Below are positions 30,266 to 41,210 of a DNA stretch of 62,892 nucleotides, piece after piece; within the stretch, counting starts at the first letter, position 1, and each line of letters opens with the position of its first letter. Below the pieces are notes generated by a model, which saw only the letters and a program-made list of their open reading frames with translations, was not told the origin of the DNA and did not search any database. This stretch comes from Guillardia theta CCMP2712 (lineage: Eukaryota > Protista > Cryptophyta), in NCBI RefSeq assembly GCF_000315625.1, contig NW_005434633.1, positions 392,310 to 455,201 on the forward strand, in the 5' to 3' direction. Made by a program: the position numbers and the translations under genes.

Positions 30266-31127
30266 CGACCAGGCGAGGGCGAGGTAGTACACCCCCGAGT
30301 ACTCCCACGTCAAGATCGAAGAAAGGCCGCAGAGAGGAAGTAGAAGATGCGCAGGGGAGCTATGAAGGTGGAGAAGGGGAGGGGGGAGGAGGGGAAGAAG
30401 AGGAAGAGGGGAGAAGGGGAACAGTTCTTGCCATGGAGGTCATGGAACCGGCATGATCTGCTATGACAATTTTTCGAAAGGGACCATATCTCACGCACCC
30501 CTGCGCACGGATCTGCGGGTGCTGAAGGAGTCGCATGCTGAAAAGACTCGTTTTCCTATCTCTCTGATGCCTGCCGCACTCCGAGTCGAATACAAGAACT
30601 TTACTACTCGCCGCCCGGTCGTGAAAGACACCCGGCGGGCCCGGAGATTCACGGCGGCCGGGCGGCGCGTGACACTCGGAGTGCTGGCGGTGAACCATTC
30701 ACGATCGGAAACTGTACGTGACAGTTTTTTGCCAACCCTCTCGTTTGACGGGCTTGTGGAACAAGAGATTATCTGCATCTACAAAACTTGTCACGGTGAT
30801 GACTATCAACTTGTGTATCTTTCCCGCTGGTGTGTGGAATCGTCATTTCCCCAGACACGTATGCTCGAAGTAATGCTCCAAGCCCGCATGCCACTGGGCA
30901 TCAATCGCCTTGACGAAACCCATGGGATGTGCCACAGTACAAGGCTGAACGGGGTGGACGCGTTCCTGTCCTAGAATGTTTTGGGATGCAGACGGGGGAC
31001 AGGGAGGAGAAGAATGAGAGCGATGGGAAAGAGGAGGTTCCACTGCCACTAAAGGTAGTGACATGGAAGCACGCATGGTAGAGGCTGACGACTCGCAACC
31101 TGCGATCGTCGTCGAAGGGCGCTGTTG

Positions 31128-31453
31128 GCAACATCTATGTACCAGTAACTCTCATATCTCTGTCGGTCGCTGACAGATTTCTTTGCAAGTAACTGGTACC
31201 TGACCACCTGGAATCACAGGAGAAACCTCTTCGTTTCTAAAAACCTTACCTGCATCCATCACACTTACACAGGATCAGATATGATTTAAATCCTGATGTC
31301 ACAGCTTGCACACGACCAGCATTTGTGTCGACATACGAAAGGGGCGAGGCAGGGCCAGGAAGAACGGAATGCCTCGCAATAGGGGCATGTTTCTTACACG
31401 GGCCAGACAGAACAGGACGATGAGAACATTGCTGAAAATCATCGTCTGACATG
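31128..31453 (-). pseudogene. Inverted, internally deleted fragment of the MULE transposase gene
   Basis: Reverse complement of ~24045-24502 including the first intron, with ~135 bp missing. Confidence 0.9.
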
Positions 31454-31779
31454 GACTCTATGGATATATCATTAGTCGCGCCTCCCCCTAGCCTCTCATC
31501 ACTTGTCATTCGCTCCTCTGCTCCCTCGTTTGTTCTCCCTCCTCCCTCCTCCCTCCTGTCTTCCTTCTTCTCTCCTCTCTCTCTCTCCCTCCCTCCCTCC
31601 CTCCCTCCCTCTCTCCTCTCTCCTCTGAACCTTCCTGTAACCATATCCCTACCAAACTTTGGAGGGATCTGATGCGTTAACGCTCCTCTCCTCTGGTCCA
31701 GCAATTGCAGCAAAAGCTCGATGCGGATAGTTTCTTGGCGGATGCAAGTTATCGATTAGAAGGCCTTTGTGTACTTGCA

Positions 31780-31828
31780 TTGTCCAGATCTGATATCATA
31801 CAATCTGTGTGATATCAGATCTGGACAA
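31780..31828. other. Perfect 19-bp-stem hairpin
   Basis: TTGTCCAGATCTGATATCA-tacaatctgtg-TGATATCAGATCTGGACAA. Confidence 0.95.
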
Positions 31829-32131
31829 GTTGGTGCTGTTCTGGCCATCCAATGCTGCTACCTCTATCTGGGCCGGATAGGCCTGCGCATCTTACTCGGT
31901 AGTTAGACATGTAATCTGGTTTCCTTCCCAACAAGAGTTACTCTCCTCGTCACGGTGCTGCATTCCTTGTTGGACCTTTGGCCGCTACCGCTGGCTGCCC
32001 GGTCTGCAGCTTGTTGTGGAAGTAGAACTTCATTCTTTATCCCTTAACTTTGTCATACATGTATTGATGTATTGACGTCATTGAAGATCCGCCTTGACAG
32101 CTGTCGCTTATACAACCATGTAGCATGGCCA

Positions 32132-34144
32132 TTAGAACCTTCCAATCTCCATGATCATCAGAATTTTCCTAGGCTTGACCGTCTCAACCGCTCCGCTGCT
32201 GCCTGCCTTCCGTTTCTGCTTACTCACTCGTGGGGCTTCTATTGAAGCCTCCCATCCACCCGATATCAGTTGCAACACCAGCCACTCTGTGTCATGATTC
32301 CTCTCTCTGATGCAGGCTTTGGGGTTGTATGTTGATATCGAGTGCACCATGCACACATTGACATCCAGATCTTGTTCCAGCAGCTCCGAGACCACTTCTG
32401 ACATCTGCTTCGAGGTCAGAGGAGACAACGAGCTCTTGAACTTCGCTCCTCCTTTCCATCCTGTCTTGCTTGAAGAAGCTGGCCCCCCGAAAGTATAGTC
32501 TCTACCTTGCGTATCCTTGGCGGGAGCGTAGAAGCCCAGGGCCGTGGCAAGGGCGTGCTCTTGCTCGCTCTCTTTGACAGGGACCAGGTTGCACATGCAC
32601 GAGGCGAGCATCTCCACGAAGCTTTCTTTGTTGGCAACAGAAGCAAGGATCTGATCCGCGCTCCTTGAGTCTGTCATGCCGCAGTGGTGAGCGAGATTTG
32701 TCAGAAGCTCCTGAGAAGGAGACCAGCTGCTGATCATCAAGACCACTGAACCGAACGACTCCAGCATGCTCCCAGCTCGCTTCCACGCATCCACGCTCAG
32801 AGGATTATCCCCCATCTTCGTCTTGCTGTGGATCTGCTTCAAGACCTCAAGTGCTGATTCCGATTTTCTTCCTGAGAAAGGCCGTCCCCCTCCCGCACAA
32901 GAAGCATACGAGATGGGGTCCAGCAGAGCAGAGGCAAAGCTCGAGGTCAGCTCAGCAAGATCTTTGTCACCTCTTCCGTTTGAGACTTCAACGGATGTCT
33001 CGTAAATGCCTCGGGGTGGTATTTCTGCTGAACGATCGATATTCAACAGGGCAAGCCCCTTGGAGATCAGAGACTGAGGGAAAGCTTCGTTCGGAATCGG
33101 CTGAAACATGCAGTAGATAGACTCGTTGGTCAACCTCAGCATTATTCTATTGATATCTGATTGTATATGATCCGAGATCTTTCGAATCAGCTTGGCAGGA
33201 TCGACTTTCTTCGAATCCCTCAAACAGCGCAAGAAATGGGAGCACAGCCACGGATTGACATGGTCCAGCAGCTTGGGTACCTGCGCCTCGCCGAATACCC
33301 TTTTCAGGGCTTCTTCGGCATCGTCTGACGGCAGGATGTATCCAGGAAGACAGCGATGTGAGCAGCAAAGCAACTCATACCCCTTTTGCCGACTGTGTAC
33401 AAAGGGCTGTGGTGGAGGTTGTACGAGATTCAAGATCGCAGTGTTTGTCCCCAGCATGATGCATTGTATGTTCGCATTCCTCAGTATCCTAATCAAGAAA
33501 ACCAGCTTTGCCATGGGTGAGATGAGGTAGGTGTTGTCTTGCTCAGGAGGGAACACATCATCCAAAAGTACCCACCGCCTTCCCCAAGTCCTAGCTTCAT
33601 CCACAGTGACTGGATCAACGGTAGTCGACTTGTTCCACAGGAATTTGAGGGCCCCTAGCACATACCAACCTTCCTGTCTATCGATATTGACATCCCAAAC
33701 TCCCAATCGACATGTCTTATCTGATCCAGCAGCAAGCGAAATCACCCTGCTAAGATCACAGTCCAAGGCCTTGTTCAGAAGTCTCGTGACCGGTAATAGG
33801 CGAAAGTAAATGTCGTGCGCAGAATGCTCGTACACAGGAGAAAAGCGGAAGTACATGCTGTGGTTTGCATTCCGAACAAAGTAATCAGCAGCACAAAGCG
33901 ACTTCCCGCTCCCAGCACAAGCTGCAATCAGGCTCAAGTAATCAGAGTCATGGTAATGTGATTTCTTTATCCTTTGATCGATTGGATTCATAGCACTCAG
34001 TTGCTTGCTCGGTTGCACCCGTGATGACGTTGAGTCCCATTCATTGTCAAGACAGCGATCAAGGCATTGCTTCAAGGACTTCAATACATCATCCAGGTTG
34101 ATGTCTCTTGCGACTTTGGCCAGAGCTAGCAAGGGAGTGATCAA
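32132..34144 (-). CDS. Crinkler/RHS-type P-loop NTPase with a putative C-terminal REase-fold domain (5' exons upstream)
   Basis: 670-aa single exon; Walker A ACAGSGKS, Walker B WVLLDD, IMLGTN motif; C-terminal RDY...AKFKS resembles a degenerate PD-(D/E)xK. Confidence 0.6.
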   Translation of the reverse strand: MITPLLALAKVARDINLDDVLKSLKQCLDRCLDNEWDSTSSRVQPSKQLSAMNPIDQRIKKSHYHDSDYLSLIAACAGSGKSLCAADYFVRNANHSMYFRFSPVYEHSAHDIYFRLLPVTRLLNKALDCDLSRVISLAAGSDKTCRLGVWDVNIDRQEGWYVLGALKFLWNKSTTVDPVTVDEARTWGRRWVLLDDVFPPEQDNTYLISPMAKLVFLIRILRNANIQCIMLGTNTAILNLVQPPPQPFVHSRQKGYELLCCSHRCLPGYILPSDDAEEALKRVFGEAQVPKLLDHVNPWLCSHFLRCLRDSKKVDPAKLIRKISDHIQSDINRIMLRLTNESIYCMFQPIPNEAFPQSLISKGLALLNIDRSAEIPPRGIYETSVEVSNGRGDKDLAELTSSFASALLDPISYASCAGGGRPFSGRKSESALEVLKQIHSKTKMGDNPLSVDAWKRAGSMLESFGSVVLMISSWSPSQELLTNLAHHCGMTDSRSADQILASVANKESFVEMLASCMCNLVPVKESEQEHALATALGFYAPAKDTQGRDYTFGGPASSSKTGWKGGAKFKSSLSPLTSKQMSEVVSELLEQDLDVNVCMVHSISTYNPKACIRERNHDTEWLVLQLISGGWEASIEAPRVSKQKRKAGSSGAVETVKPRKILMIMEIGRF

Positions 34145-34227
34145 GAGCTATCGGAGATGACACACAGCGACTCACCACGAGTGAAACGTTCTTCCATGGC
34201 TCAGATTTGCTACAGGAGATCACTGTC

Positions 34228-34264
34228 AGCATCATCGTCATCATCATCATCATCAACATCATCA

Positions 34265-34321
<57 letters not shown>

Positions 34322-34341
34322 TCATCATCATCATCATCATC

Positions 34342-34383
<42 letters not shown>

Positions 34384-34492
34384 GACAACATCATCATCAA
34401 TGACATCATCATCATCATCATCATCATCATTAACAACAACAACAACAGCATCATCATCACCACCACTACCACTACCACCACCACCACCACCG
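34228..34492 (+). repeat. Mixed (CAT)n/(CAA)n/(CAC)n microsatellite; counterpart at ~42790-42935
   Basis: Seen directly; length differs between arms. Confidence 0.9.
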
Positions 34493-35215
34493 CTCTACCT
34501 CTCTTCCCCCCCTCTCCCGCCGACTAGCGGCTAATGCTGATGCTCTGATCCAAGTGTCGGCCCATGGAGCCATCAGGATCCGTCAGATGCTGCCGGCATC
34601 GCATGTGCTGACCGAGCGAGCTCTTCTTCCCCTGCCCCTGCATCTCCTCTGGCGCCGCCGTTGCACGCAGAAGCAGCCAACTCGTGGTTGAACCAGCCTG
34701 GTAGGCTCAGCGGTTCCCTCACACGCCTCGACTATAGGGCTCTGAGACTCTATTTGAGCCTCTATGATTTCTACCCCAAGTAAGAGACTAGTGCTTCATC
34801 GGAACTCAAAACCCTCTGTCTCCCATCCCGGGTTGGCGGACATGCACCACCCACCCGTACCGTAGAGCCCCGGTCAGCGATAAAAGAACGGGTGCAGACC
34901 ACGAAGCTGCGATGAAACCTTGTTAGGCCCTAGAAAGAAGACAAGCTCGGCCCCTCACACTCGCCCAAGCAACATCCGCCACGCTGCCGCAACACGTCAC
35001 ACAAGACAGCTGCACGCATCATGCCATCCTCGGACAGCTGCTCGCATCACGGAGTTCCGGCATGCGTGGATCACCACTGTGCTTCGTTGCTCATTAAACC
35101 AAAACTAGCTTCACTTGTTATTTCGAATACATTGTCCTGATCTTCCAACCTGAGAAGCAAAGAACACAACCGAAAACAAGAGGTAGAATTCCCAGTCGTT
35201 TCCATGAGTGCAACT

Positions 35216-35263
35216 TGTCAGTCTTGACACCTGGCAGTCTTGACACCTGTCAGTCTTGATATC
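35216..35263 (+). repeat. 3 x 16-bp direct repeat TG(T/G)CAGTCTTGA(C/T)A(C/T)C; mirror at ~42005-42052
   Basis: Seen directly. Confidence 0.85.
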
Positions 35264-36187
35264 CGGGACACAAGAGACATTCAACGAATGGACATGGGCA
35301 GAATCCGCATTCAGAACAACTTCAAGTTGCCATACATAGCTTTTACATCTTTGTTTCAATAAATCTCCAATTGCAATGCAGTGGGTTACCTTAACGTGAC
35401 AGCTTGGTGTAATACGGGAAACATGGCTGCCAACAAAACCTGCCAAGAGGAATCATTCAAATCAGCTCGACAGGCCAAGGGCAAGAAGGCTGTGTGGTTT
35501 TATTGACATGGAGCTTACCCGAACCCTGATGGGCATCAAGCGGAGTGCTCTGCGGGTGCGAGAAAGGGCAGCGGGAAATGAGACGACATAGCCAGCTCGG
35601 AGAGCGGATGGAGGCAGCTTGCCTGCAGCGAGTGAGTGCTGCGTGTATATGGGCGAGAAGCAGCTCCTCCACCTGTTCTCCTATACGTTGCTGGACTCTG
35701 AGGCGCAGCATGCGGGCCTCAAGGTCTGATGGCGGCGGGTCAGTGTCATGCATCCATTGATGTCTGGCCTCACTGTCGTGCCACTCTACAGATTATGCAG
35801 ATCATCTGAGTTCATAGCCTCGTGCAAGTCTGTGTCTGAAGCAATCTTCAAGCTTCTCCTCGTCCTCTTTCCGTCTTTGCCTTCTTCCATTACTCATGCA
35901 GAACGCTGTTTCAGTCGCAAAAGATGGAGACATCCAAGCTCTTATGAGATCTTCTGTGATCTTCTGTACGCTGCTGACCTTCTGGAACTGGCATCGGGCA
36001 TTCATTTCTTGCATACCACCGTTTTCCATACTCTTGCTTCGGCTACAACTACCCTCCTACGACTAGTAGCTTTGACCCAAAAACGCTCCATCCAGTCTGC
36101 ATTGAAGGAAGCTCTGCTTGCACACAAAACCTTAAACTCGTTGCATTCGTGACCTGTCGCATCACAACATTTACTTATACTTTATAC

Positions 36188-36685
36188 TTAGTCTTGGTTT
36201 TCTAGCCATTCTTGATATTTGCGGTCTAAGTTGACTTCTTCAACAATATCTTGAGGCAGTTTGTCCCGCCACTTCGGGTCTCTGAAGTCATATCGAAATG
36301 ACCTTTCACGTCCATTGGCATAGCGTCCAAGAAACATCCGGCCAGGCTCATGGTAAATCCCATCAACACGCCAGCCGCCATCATATTCAATGAACCTGTA
36401 GAAATCGAGGGGTGGAGCCCATGCAGTCTCAAACTCGAGATGAAAGGATAGGTCCTCGCGTTTCCATACAGGATCCGGAACATCCCATTTGGTGCCCCAG
36501 TGTTTATTGCTCCATTCGATAGGGCAATAATCTTCACGAGCTGGACGTGGCTTGAAATGCGAAAACACTCCCTTCCCATCTTGGGCGCCACGGATGTCAA
36601 GGTCCTTAAGACAGGCTTCAAACAAGTTTGCTGCAGCAGGAGTTGAAGCACACATCAACACTCTGTTGTAGCACATGTTGGGCAT
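36188..36685 (-). CDS. YubB/DUF1281 (Api92-like ferredoxin-fold) protein, intronless, copy 1
   Basis: MPNMCYN, W..HWGTKWDV, FETAWAPP and YHEPG.MFLG motifs. Confidence 0.8.
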   Translation of the reverse strand: MPNMCYNRVLMCASTPAAANLFEACLKDLDIRGAQDGKGVFSHFKPRPAREDYCPIEWSNKHWGTKWDVPDPVWKREDLSFHLEFETAWAPPLDFYRFIEYDGGWRVDGIYHEPGRMFLGRYANGRERSFRYDFRDPKWRDKLPQDIVEEVNLDRKYQEWLENQD

Positions 36686-37527
36686 GATGTCTGTCCTATG
36701 AGAGCACGGAGCTACAACTCGCTTGATCGCCTGTCCTCAGGCTGCCGCTTTGACAAACAGGCTCGTGCGAGCCCGAGAGGCCCGTAGGCAGGTAGGGCGC
36801 GACTGGGGGGGGGGGGGGGGGGGGGGTAGTCAGGACTGTGGACAAGGGGTGGGTTGTCTCAGTCTACGTGGTGGGTCGGTACCAGGTCCGTCAACCTGGA
36901 GGGTACGGTAACGCTAGGCGTGGGGCAGCATGGCTACCGGTAGGAGGGCCGCTACCGCCAACATCGCTGTCTTTCTTGCTGGCGTGGGCGCCTGCCAGGG
37001 ACCAGAGGGGGTCAGAAATGAAGCGTGGGGGTAGTCTCACTACGGGTGTTTTAATCAAATGAAATATAGGGTGTTCACTACCCATTGATAGGTGGGGGTA
37101 CTAAATGGTGCGCCGCCATGCTCCATGAGGAGGGCCATTGGTGCACTTCATGCAACATCAGATCATGTTTCTCTGCATAGAATGAAAGGAAAACTGTTTT
37201 GATACTCATGTATCTTGCAGACTGTAAAAGATTTCATGATATATGTGACTTTGTGAGTTTCTGTTCAATTTTCACTGTATGGCATAACGCCAACATGTTG
37301 TTGGAGATAAATTCAGCGATCTGCTGCGTGCAAAATCACAGAGGCAAAGGAAGATGTATATTGAGTTGTGTATCATACTATCCATGTATCATACTAAGCC
37401 TGTGCTTGGCTGCTCACTTAAGGGGGAGCCTTACTGTCTTCGTACTGATTTTAACTTAACTTTGAGTAAACAACGGGAGCCAGCTTCTGATTCTCAGACT
37501 GAGAGAGAGAATAATTCACTGACAAGA

Positions 37528-37671
37528 CGAGCAGCTCTTGCCGTGAGAGTCGAGCAGCTCTTGCCGAGAGTCTCGAGCAGCTCTTGCCGAGAGAGTTGAG
37601 CAGCTCTTGCCGAGAGAGTCGAGCAGCTCTTGCCGTGAGAGTCGAGCAGCTCTTGCCGTGAGAGTCGAGCA
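37528..37671 (+). repeat. 6.3 x 23-bp tandem repeat CGAGCAGCTCTTGCCG(A/T)GAGAGT
   Basis: Seen directly; no spacers. Confidence 0.95.
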
Positions 37672-38039
37672 TTTTGTTTTGCATTCTTTTTCCGAGAACC
37701 TGCTCAAGATCTTGCTGTTTATGTTTCTCACCCTCAAGTATTTGTCAGAAGGAGTTCAATTTCATGAGAAGCAAAGGGGTTCAGTTTTAATCAATTTTTC
37801 TCGGAATATCTTTCCGTGCTCTGAGAGATGCATTACTGACAAACAACGTACATGATATCCTTCCATCTCTCCAACATATCCTCTCATCTCTCTCATAACC
37901 TCCGCTGTTCATTGATAGCTTCAGCAAAATACCACCTATTCGTTCAGAGGTCACGAACGCTCATTGATGCCATTAATATTACACCCGAGCGCATGTAGTC
38001 AACCTCTTAGTCAGACGATTTGCTGTACAGGTAAGCAGG

Positions 38040-38175
38040 AGCGATACAAAGCTCTTGGATCCACAGCGTGGGGATCAGCGAGGACGGCAAGACGGCTGTC
38101 AGCGGGAACTGGGACAACACAGTGAGGGTGTGGGACCTGGAGGGGATGAAGGAGAAGGCTTGTCTGAGGGGTCCT
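38040..38175 (+). pseudogene. Single WD40 repeat fragment
   Basis: IHSVGISEDGKTAVSGNWDNTVRVWDLEGMKEKACLRG. Confidence 0.8.
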
Positions 38176-38429
38176 AGGAATACGGTATCGCAACATGATC
38201 GCCTCATCGTCTACCTTCGTCCCAGTCGCATGCTCACCACTGAAAGGTGTCGCTCGTCTGCTCTTGTCTGTGCTGCCTTCTCTCCTCCTCCTCCTCCTCC
38301 TTTATCTCTTGTTGCGTATTCACGATTGGTGCTTTCCCTCCCCCCTTTCCTCCCCATCTCCCCATACAAGAAATGCCAGGATCTCCCGCCTCCTTCTCCT
38401 ACCTCACGTTGTCGTCGGATCGACCTCGA

Positions 38430-38645
38430 CGACCTTGTACCTCCCTGTACTCCGGGAACACAGACAGCCTTTTTTTCGACATGAACGCCAGCTCTGTCCC
38501 TCCCTTCGACGCGAGCTCGTCGGCGGGGAGTCTCCCGTCCCCTCCCGCCTGCTGGCATGACGCAGCCGCCTCCGACGTCGGCACGGTGAGGTTCCTCATC
38601 CCTCGCCACAGTACCATGGACCTTTCGGAAGCCTCGATGCTGGTG
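38430..38645 (-). pseudogene. R-S-E clade mono-ADP-ribosyltransferase fragment
   Basis: VLWRGMRNL...GGTELAFMS...LSVFPEYREV; segment between the STS and ExE motifs is missing. Confidence 0.6.
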
Positions 38646-39529
38646 TGAGAGAGAGGCAAAACCGCCAGGATGGTCAAATGCCAGTGATGCCTCATGTTAA
38701 TCGCCCAGATATGACAGCACAACATACAAATAGATCAACGCAGCAGGTCCCAGTGGACATGACTGCCCAGCAAATTCCCCCAAAGCGTGGAAAGAAAGCT
38801 CTTTTCACACCCCGGTCATCACCGAAGGGAGAGAAATTTTCACCGGGATGGACTCGTCGTTGAAGAGGATGGTGACGACGTTCCAGAGCCCCACCCAGAT
38901 GAGGATCAGGCTGGGCTCCTCTAGCAGCTCCCAGATCATCCTGGCATGGATTTCCTGTGGAATTATTTAAGCCATCTATATACGGACAGGCTTCCGGAGC
39001 CTGAGCACAGGCCATACGCCCGCGGACTCGATGATCATGATAGCAGTAGCCTAGCCACTCAGTATCACATAAGCGCTGTCAGAAGTTCCATAGTTTATCT
39101 AGTGATCTAACTCATACTCTATGATACCTAAGAAGCCTCGATAAAGATCGTCTAATGAGCTGAAACGATTACAAATTAGTGTCATCTCAAGGCTTGTGTT
39201 CAACAGCGCTCCCCTTCTATGAACAGCATCGGCTGGTTGAAAGTCGTCCTGGTGGTGATGAGGATATTTGCGTCCGGTTCCGTATGAAGGGGCCGTCGAA
39301 TATGCTGCGAAGCCTCAGGAGCGAGGAGGGTAGCACAGGGTCAACCTTGAATCTCCGAGAAGGTGATAACCGATGGCGGTGTCTTCGTTTCTGCTGTGAA
39401 TGTAGAGCGCTCTTGTCTACCCCCCGAGACCTTGATACCCTCTTTGAGGTCATGGGTGATATGCAAGCGAGCAGCACATCAACTGGGAAGAGAAGCGAAA
39501 GGGCGAAAGCTGATACATACAATGCGACT

Positions 39530-40202
39530 CGATTCTTCCCACTGCTGCTGGTAGAGCACCGGGCAGTCCTCCGCGTCGCACCCTGTCACGAGCCGCATGC
39601 TCCCTACACAACTCACGCAGATCCGGCAGATCCGAGCAATATCTCGCTCCACCCTCCCCCGACGATACTGCATCGTGCACAGAGCCACTTGAGGAAGAGA
39701 AGTGCACTCCGCACAGACAGCCGTCCTGCAGCTAGCTGAGATGAACAGGGAGAGCAAGAGGGGAGGAGGAGCTCGGTCATGGGAGGAGGAGCGTCACCTG
39801 GAGAGCTGGTCGCAGAGGATACAGTGCATGCTCTGGAAGTGACTGCGGATGCTGTCTGCCTGAGAAGCGTGGTCCCTCAAGCTCCGCGCGTTCATCCCTC
39901 CCTGTCATGGTCTCTGCCATGGCACGTAGACAGTGTCTGCCATGCAGGAGTCACGAAGGGAGGGAGGGGAGGGAGAGGAGGGAGAGGGGGAGGGAAGGGG
40001 GAGGGAGGGCAAGAAAGGGTGGAGTTGAAGAAGAACTTTGCGCGGCTGTAGCGCGGCAGCTCGAGGAACCTTCGCCGTATTTCGACACCAAAGAAGGAGA
40101 GGAGGCGCGCGAGGCAGGGGATCAGAGCCTTGGTGATGTAGAACTGCGCGTTGATCCGAAGAATCCCAGACGAGGAGCTCCAGCCCGGGGGTCTCGGCGC
40201 AC
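39530..40202 (-). pseudogene. REV3: C-terminal fragment of DNA polymerase zeta catalytic subunit (REV3-like), with introns
   Basis: RRDPRA, LRINAQFYITKALIPCLARLLSFFGVEI..FLELPR, HCILCDQL, CRICVSCVG..CDAEDCPVLY (CysA/CysB). Confidence 0.75.
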
Positions 40203-40706
40203 CTTGGTAACGTTTACAGTGGCAGCAGGGGGGAGGGTGGAGGAGGAGCTGCTTGACTCTCTCGGCAAGAGCTGGTCGAGCAGCCCAGCACATGGCAACC
40301 CAACCTCGCAAAGAGGTCAAGCCTCCTCTACTCTCCTTATTGTCCTCGTACTGATTTTAACTTAACTTTGAGTAATCCCTGGCAGGCGCCCACGCCAGCA
40401 ACTCTACCGGGCAGAAAGACAGCGATGTTGGCGGTAGCGGCCCTCCTACCGGTAGCCATGCTGCCCCACGCCTAGCGTTACCGTACCCTCCAGGTTGACG
40501 GACCTGGTACCGACCCACCACGTAGACTGAGACAACCCACCCTTTGTCCACAGTCCTGACTACCCCCCCCTCCCCCCCCCCCCCCCCAGTCGCGCCCTAC
40601 CTGCCTACGGGCCTCTCGGGCTCGCACGAGCCTGTTTGTCAAAGCGGCAGCCTGAGGACAGGCGATCAAGCGAGTTGTAGCTCCGTGCTCTCATAGGACA
40701 GACATC

Positions 40707-41210
40707 ATGCCCAACATGTGCTACAACAGAGTGTTGATGTGTGCTTCAACTCCTGCTGCAGCAAACTTGTTTGAAGCCTGTCTTAAGGACCTTGACATCC
40801 GTGGCGCCCAAGATGGGAAGGGAGTGTTTTCGCATTTCAAGCCACGTCCAGCTCGTGAAGATTATTGCCCTATCGAATGGAGCATTGATCACTGGGGCAC
40901 CAAATGGGATGTTCCGGATCCTGTATGGAAACGCGAGGACCTATCCTTTCATCTCAAGTTTGAGACTGCATGGGCTCCACCCTTCGATTTCTACAGGTTT
41001 ATTGAATATGATGGCGGCTGGCGTGTTGATGGGATTTACCATGAGCCTGGCCGGATGTTTCTTGGACGCTATGCCAATGGACGTGAAAGGTCATTTCGAT
41101 ATGACTTCAGAGACCCGAAGTGGCGGGACAAACTGCCTCAAGGTATTGTTGAAGAAGTCAACTTAGACCGCGAATATCAAGAATGGCTAGAAAACCAAGA
41201 CCAAGTATAA
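40707..41210 (+). CDS. YubB/DUF1281 protein, copy 2
   Basis: Near-identical to 36188-36685, intact, 2 aa longer. Confidence 0.8.
   Translation: MPNMCYNRVLMCASTPAAANLFEACLKDLDIRGAQDGKGVFSHFKPRPAREDYCPIEWSIDHWGTKWDVPDPVWKREDLSFHLKFETAWAPPFDFYRFIEYDGGWRVDGIYHEPGRMFLGRYANGRERSFRYDFRDPKWRDKLPQGIVEEVNLDREYQEWLENQDQV

Larger units (their letters stand above)
31476..37001 (-). repeat. Left arm of a large inverted duplication
   Basis: Reverse complement of 40376-45628; high identity over 31780-37001, degenerate over 31476-31580. Confidence 0.95.

Noticed and set aside
37528-37671. CRISPR-like appearance of the 23-bp array
   Set aside because: Units are contiguous with no unique spacers; no cas genes; eukaryotic context
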